A program made the translations under genes and the position numbers. The notes under the pieces were generated by a model. The model was not told the DNA's origin, ran no database searches, and worked only from the letters and a program-made list of their open reading frames with translations. A stretch of DNA of 64,000 bases, from positions 1,739 through 65,738 of the forward strand of contig JAJXVV010000004.1 in NCBI GenBank assembly GCA_021781955.1, written 5' to 3'. This document shows positions 1 to 7,577 of the stretch, piece by piece. Positions within the stretch are counted from its first letter, which is position 1. Each line of letters begins with the position of its first letter. Source of the DNA: a bacterium (GTDB lineage: Bacteria > Patescibacteriota > Minisyncoccia > Phycocordibacterales > UBA2100).

Positions 1-1
1 G

Positions 2-547
2 CCCAGGCAAGCGCAGCGTTTCGTGCAATTCCTGCTGCGTTCGTCGCCTTCCGCTCGCCGCGAGCTGATCGACGCGATACAACACCTCGGCGGATCGGTC
101 CGGGAGTGCCCGGAGTGCCTGCGGCACCATGCGGGGAGCAAGAAAGTGTGTGCCCTCTGCAGCGATGCGGGGCGCGACGTTCACCTGCTCGCCGTGGTCG
201 CGAACGACGCCGACCTTTCCGCGCTCGAAAAGAGCGGCACGTATCACGGCCGCTACTTCGTGCTCGGCGGCACGCTCCACCTTGGTTCGGAACAGGCGAC
301 CGGTCTGCATCTCAGGGAGCTGCTCCGAAGCGTTCCCGCGCGGCTCGACGCCGGCCTTGAGGAACTTATTCTGGCATTTCCTGCCAACCCGGAAGGCGAT
401 GCGACTGCCGCGCGCTTGCACGCCGAGATTCAGCGGGGTTTCCCCGCCCTCAAAGTGACGATGCTTGGCCGCGGCCTCTCGACCGGATCGGAGCTTGAAT
501 ACGCCGATCATGAGACGCTCAAGAGCGCGTTCGAGAATCGCAGATGA
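2..547 (+). CDS. recR: Recombination protein RecR (5' partial; N-terminus lies upstream of the window)
   Basis: C4 zinc finger (CPECLRHHAGSKKVCALC) followed by a Toprim-like segment (HLLAVVANDADLSALEKSGTYHGRYFVLGG). This aligns to RecR from about residue 35 onward. Confidence 0.85.
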   Translation, partial: PRQAQRFVQFLLRSSPSARRELIDAIQHLGGSVRECPECLRHHAGSKKVCALCSDAGRDVHLLAVVANDADLSALEKSGTYHGRYFVLGGTLHLGSEQATGLHLRELLRSVPARLDAGLEELILAFPANPEGDATAARLHAEIQRGFPALKVTMLGRGLSTGSELEYADHETLKSAFENRR

Positions 548-556
548 AAAACCGCC

Positions 557-877
557 CTAGGAAAGGGCGGTGATCTTTACTTTGGAGAAAGGCTGACGGT
601 GTCCCTTTTTCTTTGCGTAGCGGCTCTTGGGACGATAGCGTAGGACGGTAACCTTCTTCGCGCGGCCATTCTCGATCAGCTCGGCGGAGACTTTGGCGCC
701 GCTCACGTAGGGAGCGCCCACCTGAGTCTTCGAGCCGTCGTCGGTCAGGAGCACTTTGTCGAACGTGATTTTCGCGCCTTTCTCGGTCGCGCCCGCGAGA
801 CTCTCAACGGTAACGACCGCGCCCTCGGAGACGACGTACTGCTTCCCGCCCGTTTCGATGACCGCTATATTTGCCAT
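557..877 (-). CDS. rplU: 50S ribosomal protein L21
   Basis: 106 aa. The N-terminus MANIAVIETGGKQYVV is the typical L21 start. Confidence 0.9.
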   Translation of the reverse strand: MANIAVIETGGKQYVVSEGAVVTVESLAGATEKGAKITFDKVLLTDDGSKTQVGAPYVSGAKVSAELIENGRAKKVTVLRYRPKSRYAKKKGHRQPFSKVKITALS

Positions 878-898
878 AGATGCCGAACTATAACCGAA

Positions 899-1945
899 CT
901 ACTCCTCGCTGGCAAGTGATGGTTTCTCCAATAGTTCCGGCTCGATGCCTACTTTGCTGTCAGCGATGCGGTACACATCTTTGTCGATCTTGCTCAGCTC
1001 CTTGTATCCGCTGTTGTAATGGGAGACGGTCGTGCCGAGCGCGACCCCGAGCTTGCGGTAGTACTGCTCGTAGGAACCGAGGTGCTTCCCGAGCTCCCCG
1101 ACCCGCTTTTGGATCTCTTCTGCCCGTTTCTCGATCTCGAGCGCACGCAAGCCCTGGAGCACCGTTTGCAGGTACGCCAGGAAGGACGTGGGCGAAACGA
1201 TGATCACCTTGTACTTGGAAGCGGCTCGCTGAATAAGATTCTCATCCTCCCCCGCGCCGACCTGATTGGTCAATAGATCGTAGTAAATGCCTTCGCTCGG
1301 GATGAACATGAACGCGAAGTCCATGGTTCCCTCCTCCGGCCGGATGTACTTCGCGGTCTCTTGGATGCGGAGTTTGAGGTCGTTGACAAATGCCTTCTCC
1401 AACGCCGCGCGCTCGGGAGAACCAAGCATCGCGCCTATCATGCGATTGTAATTCTCAAGCGAGAACTTGGAGTCTATCGGCACAAGCTTGTCATTGACGT
1501 ACACGGCCGCGTCCACGATCTCGCCGTTGCTGAACGGGTGCTGCATCTTGTACATGCCGGGCGGGAGCACATTCTTGAGCACGGTCTCAAGGTAGTATTC
1601 GCCCAGTATCCCGCGCTGCTTCGGGTTCTTCAGGATATCCTGGAGCGACTTGAGCTGCTCGGCGAACGATTGCGTCTGCCTGCCGATCTCCTTGACCGAG
1701 GTTATCTCCTGCGTGATCTCGCGGATGATGCGGGTCGATTCGCCGAGCTGGCTTCGCATCGTATCGTGCATCTGTTTACTCGATTCGTGCAGGCGCATGT
1801 TGAGCGAACGAGAGAGCTCCTGCATCTGGTTCTGCAGCAGCATGAGCCCTTGGCCATCGTCTTTCGATGCCGGCGGCTTACGCAAGAGCAGAAGCGCAAG
1901 TAACGCGACCGATACGACCAACAGTCCGACTATCAGCCATTCCAT
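899..1945 (-). CDS. rmuC: DNA recombination protein RmuC
   Basis: N-terminal TM helix, a long coiled-coil, and a C-terminal RmuC nuclease-like region (FMFIPSEGIYYDLL...VIIVSPTSFLAYL). Start chosen at MEWLIVGLL. The ORF's N-terminal extension would overlap the divergent yqeY gene. Confidence 0.75.
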   Translation of the reverse strand: MEWLIVGLLVVSVALLALLLLRKPPASKDDGQGLMLLQNQMQELSRSLNMRLHESSKQMHDTMRSQLGESTRIIREITQEITSVKEIGRQTQSFAEQLKSLQDILKNPKQRGILGEYYLETVLKNVLPPGMYKMQHPFSNGEIVDAAVYVNDKLVPIDSKFSLENYNRMIGAMLGSPERAALEKAFVNDLKLRIQETAKYIRPEEGTMDFAFMFIPSEGIYYDLLTNQVGAGEDENLIQRAASKYKVIIVSPTSFLAYLQTVLQGLRALEIEKRAEEIQKRVGELGKHLGSYEQYYRKLGVALGTTVSHYNSGYKELSKIDKDVYRIADSKVGIEPELLEKPSLASEE

Positions 1946-1977
1946 GCCCGCATGGTAGCACATGCTATACTGCCGCC

Positions 1978-2430
1978 ATGTTGACCACACAGATTCGTGC
2001 CGACATGGTCGCCGCCATGAAGGCCAAAGACCGTGTGGAAGTAAATACCTTGCGCGGCGCCATGACCGCTTTTACGAATGAATTGGTCGCCAAGGGCCGC
2101 AAGCCGACCGACGAACTCGCCGACTCGGAGGCGGTGGCCGTCCTCAAGCGGCTCGCCAAACAACGCAAGGAAGCAGCCGACGTGTATGCCAAAGGCGGCC
2201 GTGCCGAGCTCGCAGAGAAGGAGCTTGCGGAATTAAAGATCATCGAAGCATATCTGCCGCACATGGCAAGCGAGACCGATATCGAGAAGGTCGCACGCGC
2301 AAAAATGGCCGAGCTCGGCGTTGCCGACGTCTCGGGCATCGGCAAACTGACCGGCATCGTCATGAAAGAGTTCGGCGGCAACGCCGACGGCCAAGTGGTC
2401 AAAACCGTGCTCGCGCGCCTCTTGAACTAA
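1978..2430 (+). CDS. GatB/YqeY domain protein
   Basis: 150 aa. The sequence MLTTQIRADMVAAMKAKD...LKRLAKQRKEAADVYAKGGRAELAEKELAELKIIEAYLP matches the YqeY family. Start trimmed to the internal ATG at 1978. Confidence 0.7.
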   Translation: MLTTQIRADMVAAMKAKDRVEVNTLRGAMTAFTNELVAKGRKPTDELADSEAVAVLKRLAKQRKEAADVYAKGGRAELAEKELAELKIIEAYLPHMASETDIEKVARAKMAELGVADVSGIGKLTGIVMKEFGGNADGQVVKTVLARLLN

Positions 2431-3608
2431 CGAGCCTCGCTCCACGCGAGGGCCGCAGCGCTTACTGCGGCGAGGGAGAAGACGACCGCGATGGCGGCAG
2501 GCGTGGCGATGAGCAATGCGAGCGCTGCGCCGAGCGCGGCACACGCGAGCCTGCCTCCCTGGAGCGCTATCTCCTTGAGCGCGGTGTATTCATCGACGAG
2601 CGAACCGCCATCAGCGCTTTGTTCGAATGCGAGCGAATCAATGCCATGCCTGTTGGGCGCAGTCGCCCGCGAATAGGTGTCGATCAGCACCACGCTGAAC
2701 GCGCCCGAAGCCACGAACTTGAACACCCACGGCGATGCCGCCAAGAGCATGGCGAGGTAGCGGGAGTCTTTCGACGCGCTCCGCTCCAAAAACCGTCGCA
2801 GAGGCGCGCGCGATAAGAGCGAGACGAGGAAGGTGAGGGACAAGAGCGCGCCGACGACCGCGAACGATCGCCACACGAGCAAGAAAATGATCATCGGCCA
2901 GAAAAGCAGGAGCGCCGTGCCCGCAACGCCGTCCCAGAACGCGCGCGAGACCAGCGTGCGATTTTCGAGCAAAAAGAGCCTATCGAACGTCTCGCGGAAA
3001 TCCCACGAGAAATCTTCAGGCACATCGCGCACATAGATGAACGGTATGAACGAGAGCGCGGCGAGCGCTGCGGCGAAGAAAAACAGCCACGCCGCACCGA
3101 GCGGATAGGCGGCGATGATCCAACCGGCGAGCGCGGGCGCAAGCGCGATAAGAACTTCGCGCCGCGTTGAAAAGCCCGCGCGACCGGTCTCGGCCGCTTC
3201 CATCTGGTACGGCACCCAGTAGAGCGCGCGGTACATGCCGAGCGTGAGCGCGAAGCACACCACCCCGACGCGTATCGCGATGTCGGGCCAGACGCCGGAG
3301 AAGAGCGCACCGGCGGTGACGAGGCTCGTTACGACCGCGAGCAGCGCGTAAAGGAGCGGCCGCTGCGCGCCATGCCGCAGCTCCCGCGCCGCGAGCGGCG
3401 TCAGCAAAAGCGTCGTGAGCGATGAGAGTGCGTACAAAAACGCGGTCTGCGCGACCGCGAAATCAATGTTGCCGCGAGTATACAGAAAATACTGGAAGAA
3501 CATGAGCCACGCGAACGCACTCGTGAGCACGAGCGCGGAACGCAACATGACACGATGGACGGAAAGCGGCTGCATGCGCTTCAGTATAAACGAAAACAGC
3601 CCCGGCAT
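2427..3608 (-). CDS. Polytopic membrane protein, putative MFS-like transporter
   Basis: About 12 hydrophobic helices with Arg-rich cytoplasmic loops. No specific family motif was recognised with confidence. Confidence 0.45.
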   Translation of the reverse strand: MPGLFSFILKRMQPLSVHRVMLRSALVLTSAFAWLMFFQYFLYTRGNIDFAVAQTAFLYALSSLTTLLLTPLAARELRHGAQRPLLYALLAVVTSLVTAGALFSGVWPDIAIRVGVVCFALTLGMYRALYWVPYQMEAAETGRAGFSTRREVLIALAPALAGWIIAAYPLGAAWLFFFAAALAALSFIPFIYVRDVPEDFSWDFRETFDRLFLLENRTLVSRAFWDGVAGTALLLFWPMIIFLLVWRSFAVVGALLSLTFLVSLLSRAPLRRFLERSASKDSRYLAMLLAASPWVFKFVASGAFSVVLIDTYSRATAPNRHGIDSLAFEQSADGGSLVDEYTALKEIALQGGRLACAALGAALALLIATPAAIAVVFSLAAVSAAALAWSEAR

Positions 3609-3651
3609 ATGCCGGGGCTGTTCGTAATTCGGTCGGCAAAGCCGACTCGAA

Positions 3652-3948
3652 CTACCAGCGTCCGCCGCCGCCGTTGCCGCCGCGGAAATCGCGGCGAGGC
3701 TCCATCGGGCGAGCTTCGTTCACCGTGAGCGTGCGACCTCCGAAATCCTTGCCGTTCCACTGGTCGATCGCCGTCTGCGCCTCCTCGTCGGAGGACATCT
3801 CGACGAAACCAAAACCCTTGGAGCGGCCGGTCATCTTGTCCATAATGATCACCGCCGAAGTGACGGAACCACACTGGGCGAAGGCGTCCTTGAGCTCGGA
3901 GTCGGTCGTTGCGTAAGGCAAACCGCCGACGTATAGCTTCTTAGCCAT
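3652..3948 (-). CDS. RRM-type RNA-binding protein with glycine-rich tail
   Basis: RNP-2 (LYVGGL) and RNP-1 (KGFGFVEM) motifs, with a C-terminal RGGNGGGGRW tail. Confidence 0.8.
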   Translation of the reverse strand: MAKKLYVGGLPYATTDSELKDAFAQCGSVTSAVIIMDKMTGRSKGFGFVEMSSDEEAQTAIDQWNGKDFGGRTLTVNEARPMEPRRDFRGGNGGGGRW

Positions 3949-4081
3949 TGTCTTGTGTATTGTTTTTTCTAAACATGTAAACCGACCTTTCCCCTGCCCT
4001 GTCGGTTCGCGACCCAGCCGAGAAAACGTACATTCGATACTATCTTGCCGCCTTCATGGAATTTGTCAAGCGCACATCGGG

Positions 4082-4153
4082 TGGACCAGAGGGGAATCGG
4101 ACCCCTGACCTTCTCATTGCAAATGAGACGTTCTACCACTGAACTACTGGCCC
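4082..4153 (-). tRNA. tRNA-Ala (anticodon UGC)
   Basis: Cloverleaf folded by hand. Anticodon loop TTTGCAA. The G3:U70 alanine identity pair is present, with discriminator A. The T-loop reads TCCGATT (C at position 55), which is unusual. Confidence 0.75.
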
Positions 4154-4177
4154 GAGAGATTGAACTGTACCATTCCG

Positions 4178-5146
4178 CTAGACTCGCGCCAACTGAATGG
4201 AATGTTCGAGGAACTCGCGCACCGACGAACCCACCGACTCGAGCATTGGCGGCAAAGATGATCCTTGGTAGAGGCCGGGCGTCGTGTTGACCTCGAGCAA
4301 TACGGGACCGCGCGGCGTAAGGATGATGTCGGCACGCGAAAAGTGCGAAAGGCCGAGCGCGCGGTGCGCTTTGCGCGCCATTTCGGCGAGCGCGGCTTTT
4401 TCTGCATGAGAGAAGTTGCTCGGCACGACGTGCGAGAGCGTTCCCTCCTCATGCGCGCGCGGCGACATAAAAGAGAGGTCGGCCGGGAGCACCACGCGCG
4501 CAGGCGGCAACACGTAAAGCGGTTCGTTGCGGAAATCTTCGATGACGGCGACGCTCGCCTCTTGTCCGCGTACGAACTCCTCGACGAGCGCGGTGCCGAA
4601 GGCGTCGAGGATATCGCCGATCGCGTCCGGCAGCTCGAGCAGGGTCGCCGCTATGATGATTCCGGTGGCCGCGCCCTCCGATGATGGCTTGATCACGTAC
4701 GGCGGTCCGAACTGTTTGAAAACGAATCGCGCCATTTCGGCGGTCGTCATGCCGTCGCGCAGCGAAAGCGCAACGGCTCGCGGCATGCGGATACCCGCGC
4801 CCTCGAGTGTCTCGTGCGCGCGTATCTTATTGAGCGCTGCGGACGCTCCCGCCGCGCGCGAGCCGACGTATGGCACGCTCGCGCGATCGAGTATGCGTTG
4901 TACCGTGCCATCCTCGCCAGCCCCGCCATGGAGGGCGTTCAAAACGACATCGACTTGCGAGAGGGCGCGCGCCGGATCGACCGGCGTACCGCGCACATGC
5001 CAATAGCCTCGCTTATCGATGAAAATGTCGCGGGTGTCGTAGCGTTCCTCGGAGAGCGCCGAAATTATCGCGGCGCCCGTTCTGAGCGACAGGTTGTACT
5101 CGCTTGAAGCGCCGCCACGCAACACGCCGACCGCTGTCCGTGCCAT
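4178..5146 (-). CDS. ddl: D-alanine--D-alanine ligase
   Basis: MARTAVGVLRGGASSEYNLSL... matches the Ddl N-terminus, followed by an ATP-grasp body. Start set at the internal Met so that it abuts uvrC. Confidence 0.85.
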   Translation of the reverse strand: MARTAVGVLRGGASSEYNLSLRTGAAIISALSEERYDTRDIFIDKRGYWHVRGTPVDPARALSQVDVVLNALHGGAGEDGTVQRILDRASVPYVGSRAAGASAALNKIRAHETLEGAGIRMPRAVALSLRDGMTTAEMARFVFKQFGPPYVIKPSSEGAATGIIIAATLLELPDAIGDILDAFGTALVEEFVRGQEASVAVIEDFRNEPLYVLPPARVVLPADLSFMSPRAHEEGTLSHVVPSNFSHAEKAALAEMARKAHRALGLSHFSRADIILTPRGPVLLEVNTTPGLYQGSSLPPMLESVGSSVREFLEHSIQLARV

Positions 5147-5150
5147 CTGC

Positions 5151-6398
5151 TCAGTATACCATCGCCTTGCGACGCCTCGCGCGATGCCACGCGATCGCGA
5201 AGCGATGCGCCTCGTTGTTGGCGAGCAATATGGCGCGCTCATGCCCGGCAATGGCCGCTTGATCGCCAATGAGGCGTTCCGGTTTGTGCGCTCTGTTCTT
5301 TACGACGCCGACAATCGCCGCTTCGATGCCTGCCTCTCGCAACACGCGGCGCGCCGCGCTCATTTGTGCGTTTCCACCGTCCACGACGAAGACCTGCGGC
5401 AGCGGCCATTCGGGATGGCCGAGCCGCCGCGTAAGCGCCTCGGCGAGCGATGCGATATCATCGTTGGTTGCGCCGCGTACCTTGAACTTGCGGTATGCGG
5501 CGGGATGTTTTTCGCCGTCGAGGACGACCGTCATCACGGCGACCGTCTCGCTGCCGCCCGTGTGCGCGACATCGTACGCTTCGATGCGCACACGGTGGCG
5601 CGAAGGTCCGCCCGACGACATGCGACCCTCCCGTTTAATGAGCGAGACGTCGCGAATATGCTCAAGCGCGCCGATTTGTTTCCGCAGGCGCGCCGCTTCT
5701 TCGAAGCGTTCCGCGGATGCGGCGGCTCGCATCTGCGATGCGAGCCGCCGCTTGAGCCCATGGAAATTCGCGGAGAAGAGATCGCGGACGTTGCGGACGA
5801 CCCGCGCATACTCTGCCTTCGTTATCTCGCCCGTACATACGCCGGGACATAGCCCCAGTTGCCTGTTGAAACAGGGCTTGCAGGCTTTATCTTTCCCTTC
5901 GCCGCATGGCGTGCATTTCGAGTCGCGGAATGGGAATATCCGCCGGACTATCTTCATCGCTTCCTGCAACTGCATACCATGCGGGAACGGGCCGAACGTG
6001 CTCGCGATATCTCTCTTGTCCCACTTCGCGTGCAGCTCTCTCCCTCGCACCACCAAGACACGCGGGAACGCCTCTTTTGTGATGACGACGTAGTTGAAGC
6101 TCGTGTTGTCTTTCTCATCGACGTTGTACGGCGGCTGATGCCGCTTGATGAGCTCCGCTTCCAAGAGGAGCGCCTCAAGCACAGAGCCCGTCTCCTGCCA
6201 CGAGAGCGTATTCGCCTCTTCGATCATGCGCACGATGCGCGGCCCGCGCGCCTCGGCGAGATCGGCAGCGAAATAACTGCGCACCCGGCCGCGCAGCGAG
6301 GTCGCCTTACCGACGTAGAGAATGTGCCTGCCTTTCTTGAACAGGTACACGCCCGGATCATCGGGCAATGGGTACGCTTTGAGGTCCATCTTCCGCAT
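5151..6398 (-). CDS. uvrC: Excinuclease ABC subunit C, compact form without the C-terminal (HhH)2
   Basis: GIY-YIG N-terminus (YLFKKGRHILYVGKATSLRGRVRSYF). A Cys-rich segment, a UVR motif (FEEAARLRKQIGALEH) and an RNase H-like endonuclease domain follow. The protein ends right after that domain at 415 aa. Confidence 0.8.
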   Translation of the reverse strand: MRKMDLKAYPLPDDPGVYLFKKGRHILYVGKATSLRGRVRSYFAADLAEARGPRIVRMIEEANTLSWQETGSVLEALLLEAELIKRHQPPYNVDEKDNTSFNYVVITKEAFPRVLVVRGRELHAKWDKRDIASTFGPFPHGMQLQEAMKIVRRIFPFRDSKCTPCGEGKDKACKPCFNRQLGLCPGVCTGEITKAEYARVVRNVRDLFSANFHGLKRRLASQMRAAASAERFEEAARLRKQIGALEHIRDVSLIKREGRMSSGGPSRHRVRIEAYDVAHTGGSETVAVMTVVLDGEKHPAAYRKFKVRGATNDDIASLAEALTRRLGHPEWPLPQVFVVDGGNAQMSAARRVLREAGIEAAIVGVVKNRAHKPERLIGDQAAIAGHERAILLANNEAHRFAIAWHRARRRKAMVY

Positions 6399-6416
6399 GG
6401 CGTGAGTATACGCAGT

Positions 6417-6444
6417 TTGACAAAAAATCGAAGACCGCTAGACT
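6417..6444 (+). promoter_or_regulatory. Candidate sigma70-type promoter for carA (TTGACA - 16 nt - TAGACT)
   Basis: A consensus -35 hexamer and a good -10 hexamer with 16-nt spacing lie about 105 nt upstream of the carA ATG. Read directly from the sequence. Confidence 0.35.
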
Positions 6445-6518
6445 TAGGCTTTAATGTACTCTCGCAAGAAAAAGCACACGAGCACCCGCGAGGGTGTATT
6501 TTTCTACCTATTCGTTTC

Positions 6519-6541
6519 CTCCGCCACCTGCGGACTTTTTA
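6519..6541 (+). promoter_or_regulatory. Small hairpin plus U-tract in the carA leader (possible attenuator)
   Basis: tCCGCcacctGCGGa followed by cTTTTTATT, ending 8 nt before the carA ATG. The stem is short, so this is weak. Confidence 0.2.
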
Positions 6542-6548
6542 TTGCGGT

Positions 6549-7577
6549 ATGAAGCTCTTCCTCGAAGACGGCACTTTGACGGCTGGCGAGAGCTTCGGAG
6601 CGCCGATCGATGCCGCAGGCGAGGTCGTGTTCAACACGGGCATGACGGGCTACGTCGAGAGCTTTACCGATCCATCATACGCCGGACAGATCGTCGTGCT
6701 CACCTACCCGCTCATTGGCAACTACGGCGTCCCCGATCCCTCCGCCTGGGAATCGGCCAAAGTGCACATCGCGGGACTCATCGTAAGCGAGTACTCGGCG
6801 CAATATTCGCACTTCGACGCGCAACGCTCGCTTTCTGAATGGCTCAAGGCCGCCGGCGTGCCGGCGATAAGCGGCGTCGATACGCGCGCCCTCACCAAAA
6901 GACTCCGCGAGCACGGGATCATGCTCGGCCAGCTCTCGCATTCCGGAAAGAAAGGTGCGTTCGTCGACCCGAATGCCGACAACCTCGTCGCGAAAGTCAG
7001 CGTGAAGGCGCCTTCCCTACATGGCAGCGGACCGAAGAAGATCATCGCGATCGATTGCGGCATGAAGGAGAACATCATGCGCAGCCTCGTGCGGCCGGAG
7101 ACGACCGTTGTCCGCGTGCCCTGGGACCACGATTTCACCCGCGATGCGTACGACGCGCTCTTCATATCGAACGGTCCAGGCGATCCTACCCGATGCGTCG
7201 CGACGATCGAACATATTCGCCAGGCGATGACGGCCGGCAAGCCGATACTCGGCATCTGCCTCGGCAACCAACTCCTCTCGCTTGCTGCCGGCGGCAAAAC
7301 CTACAAGCTCAAGTACGGACATCGCGGACAAAATCAGCCTGCGCTCGAAAAGGGCACCGATCGTTGCTTTATCACCTCACAGAACCACGGCTTTGCGGTC
7401 GATCCCAAAAAGCTCTCGAAGGAGTGGGACGAATGGTTCGTCAATGGCAACGACGGCTCGAACGAAGGCGTGCGCCACAAGACGAAGCCGTGGCGCTCGG
7501 TCCAGTTCCATCCCGAAGCCTGCCCCGGCCCTACCGACACCGCCTGGATATTCGACGAATTCATCGAAACGATATGA
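6549..7577 (+). CDS. carA: Carbamoyl-phosphate synthase small (glutaminase) subunit
   Basis: MKLFLEDGTLTAGESFGAP..., a class-I glutamine amidotransferase triad region (GICLGNQLL), and HGFAV. The stop overlaps the carB start (ATGA). Confidence 0.9.
   Translation: MKLFLEDGTLTAGESFGAPIDAAGEVVFNTGMTGYVESFTDPSYAGQIVVLTYPLIGNYGVPDPSAWESAKVHIAGLIVSEYSAQYSHFDAQRSLSEWLKAAGVPAISGVDTRALTKRLREHGIMLGQLSHSGKKGAFVDPNADNLVAKVSVKAPSLHGSGPKKIIAIDCGMKENIMRSLVRPETTVVRVPWDHDFTRDAYDALFISNGPGDPTRCVATIEHIRQAMTAGKPILGICLGNQLLSLAAGGKTYKLKYGHRGQNQPALEKGTDRCFITSQNHGFAVDPKKLSKEWDEWFVNGNDGSNEGVRHKTKPWRSVQFHPEACPGPTDTAWIFDEFIETI

Noticed and set aside
106-458. Overlapping +-strand ORFs (106-360, 129-458) inside recR
   Set aside because: Alternative frames of a well-supported gene, with Arg/Pro-rich nonsense translations.
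5859-6548. N-terminal extensions of the carA ORF (starting at 5859) and the carB ORF (starting at 6839)
   Set aside because: The extensions run antisense to uvrC or sit inside carA. The conserved CarA and CarB N-termini begin at the internal ATGs at 6549 and 7574.
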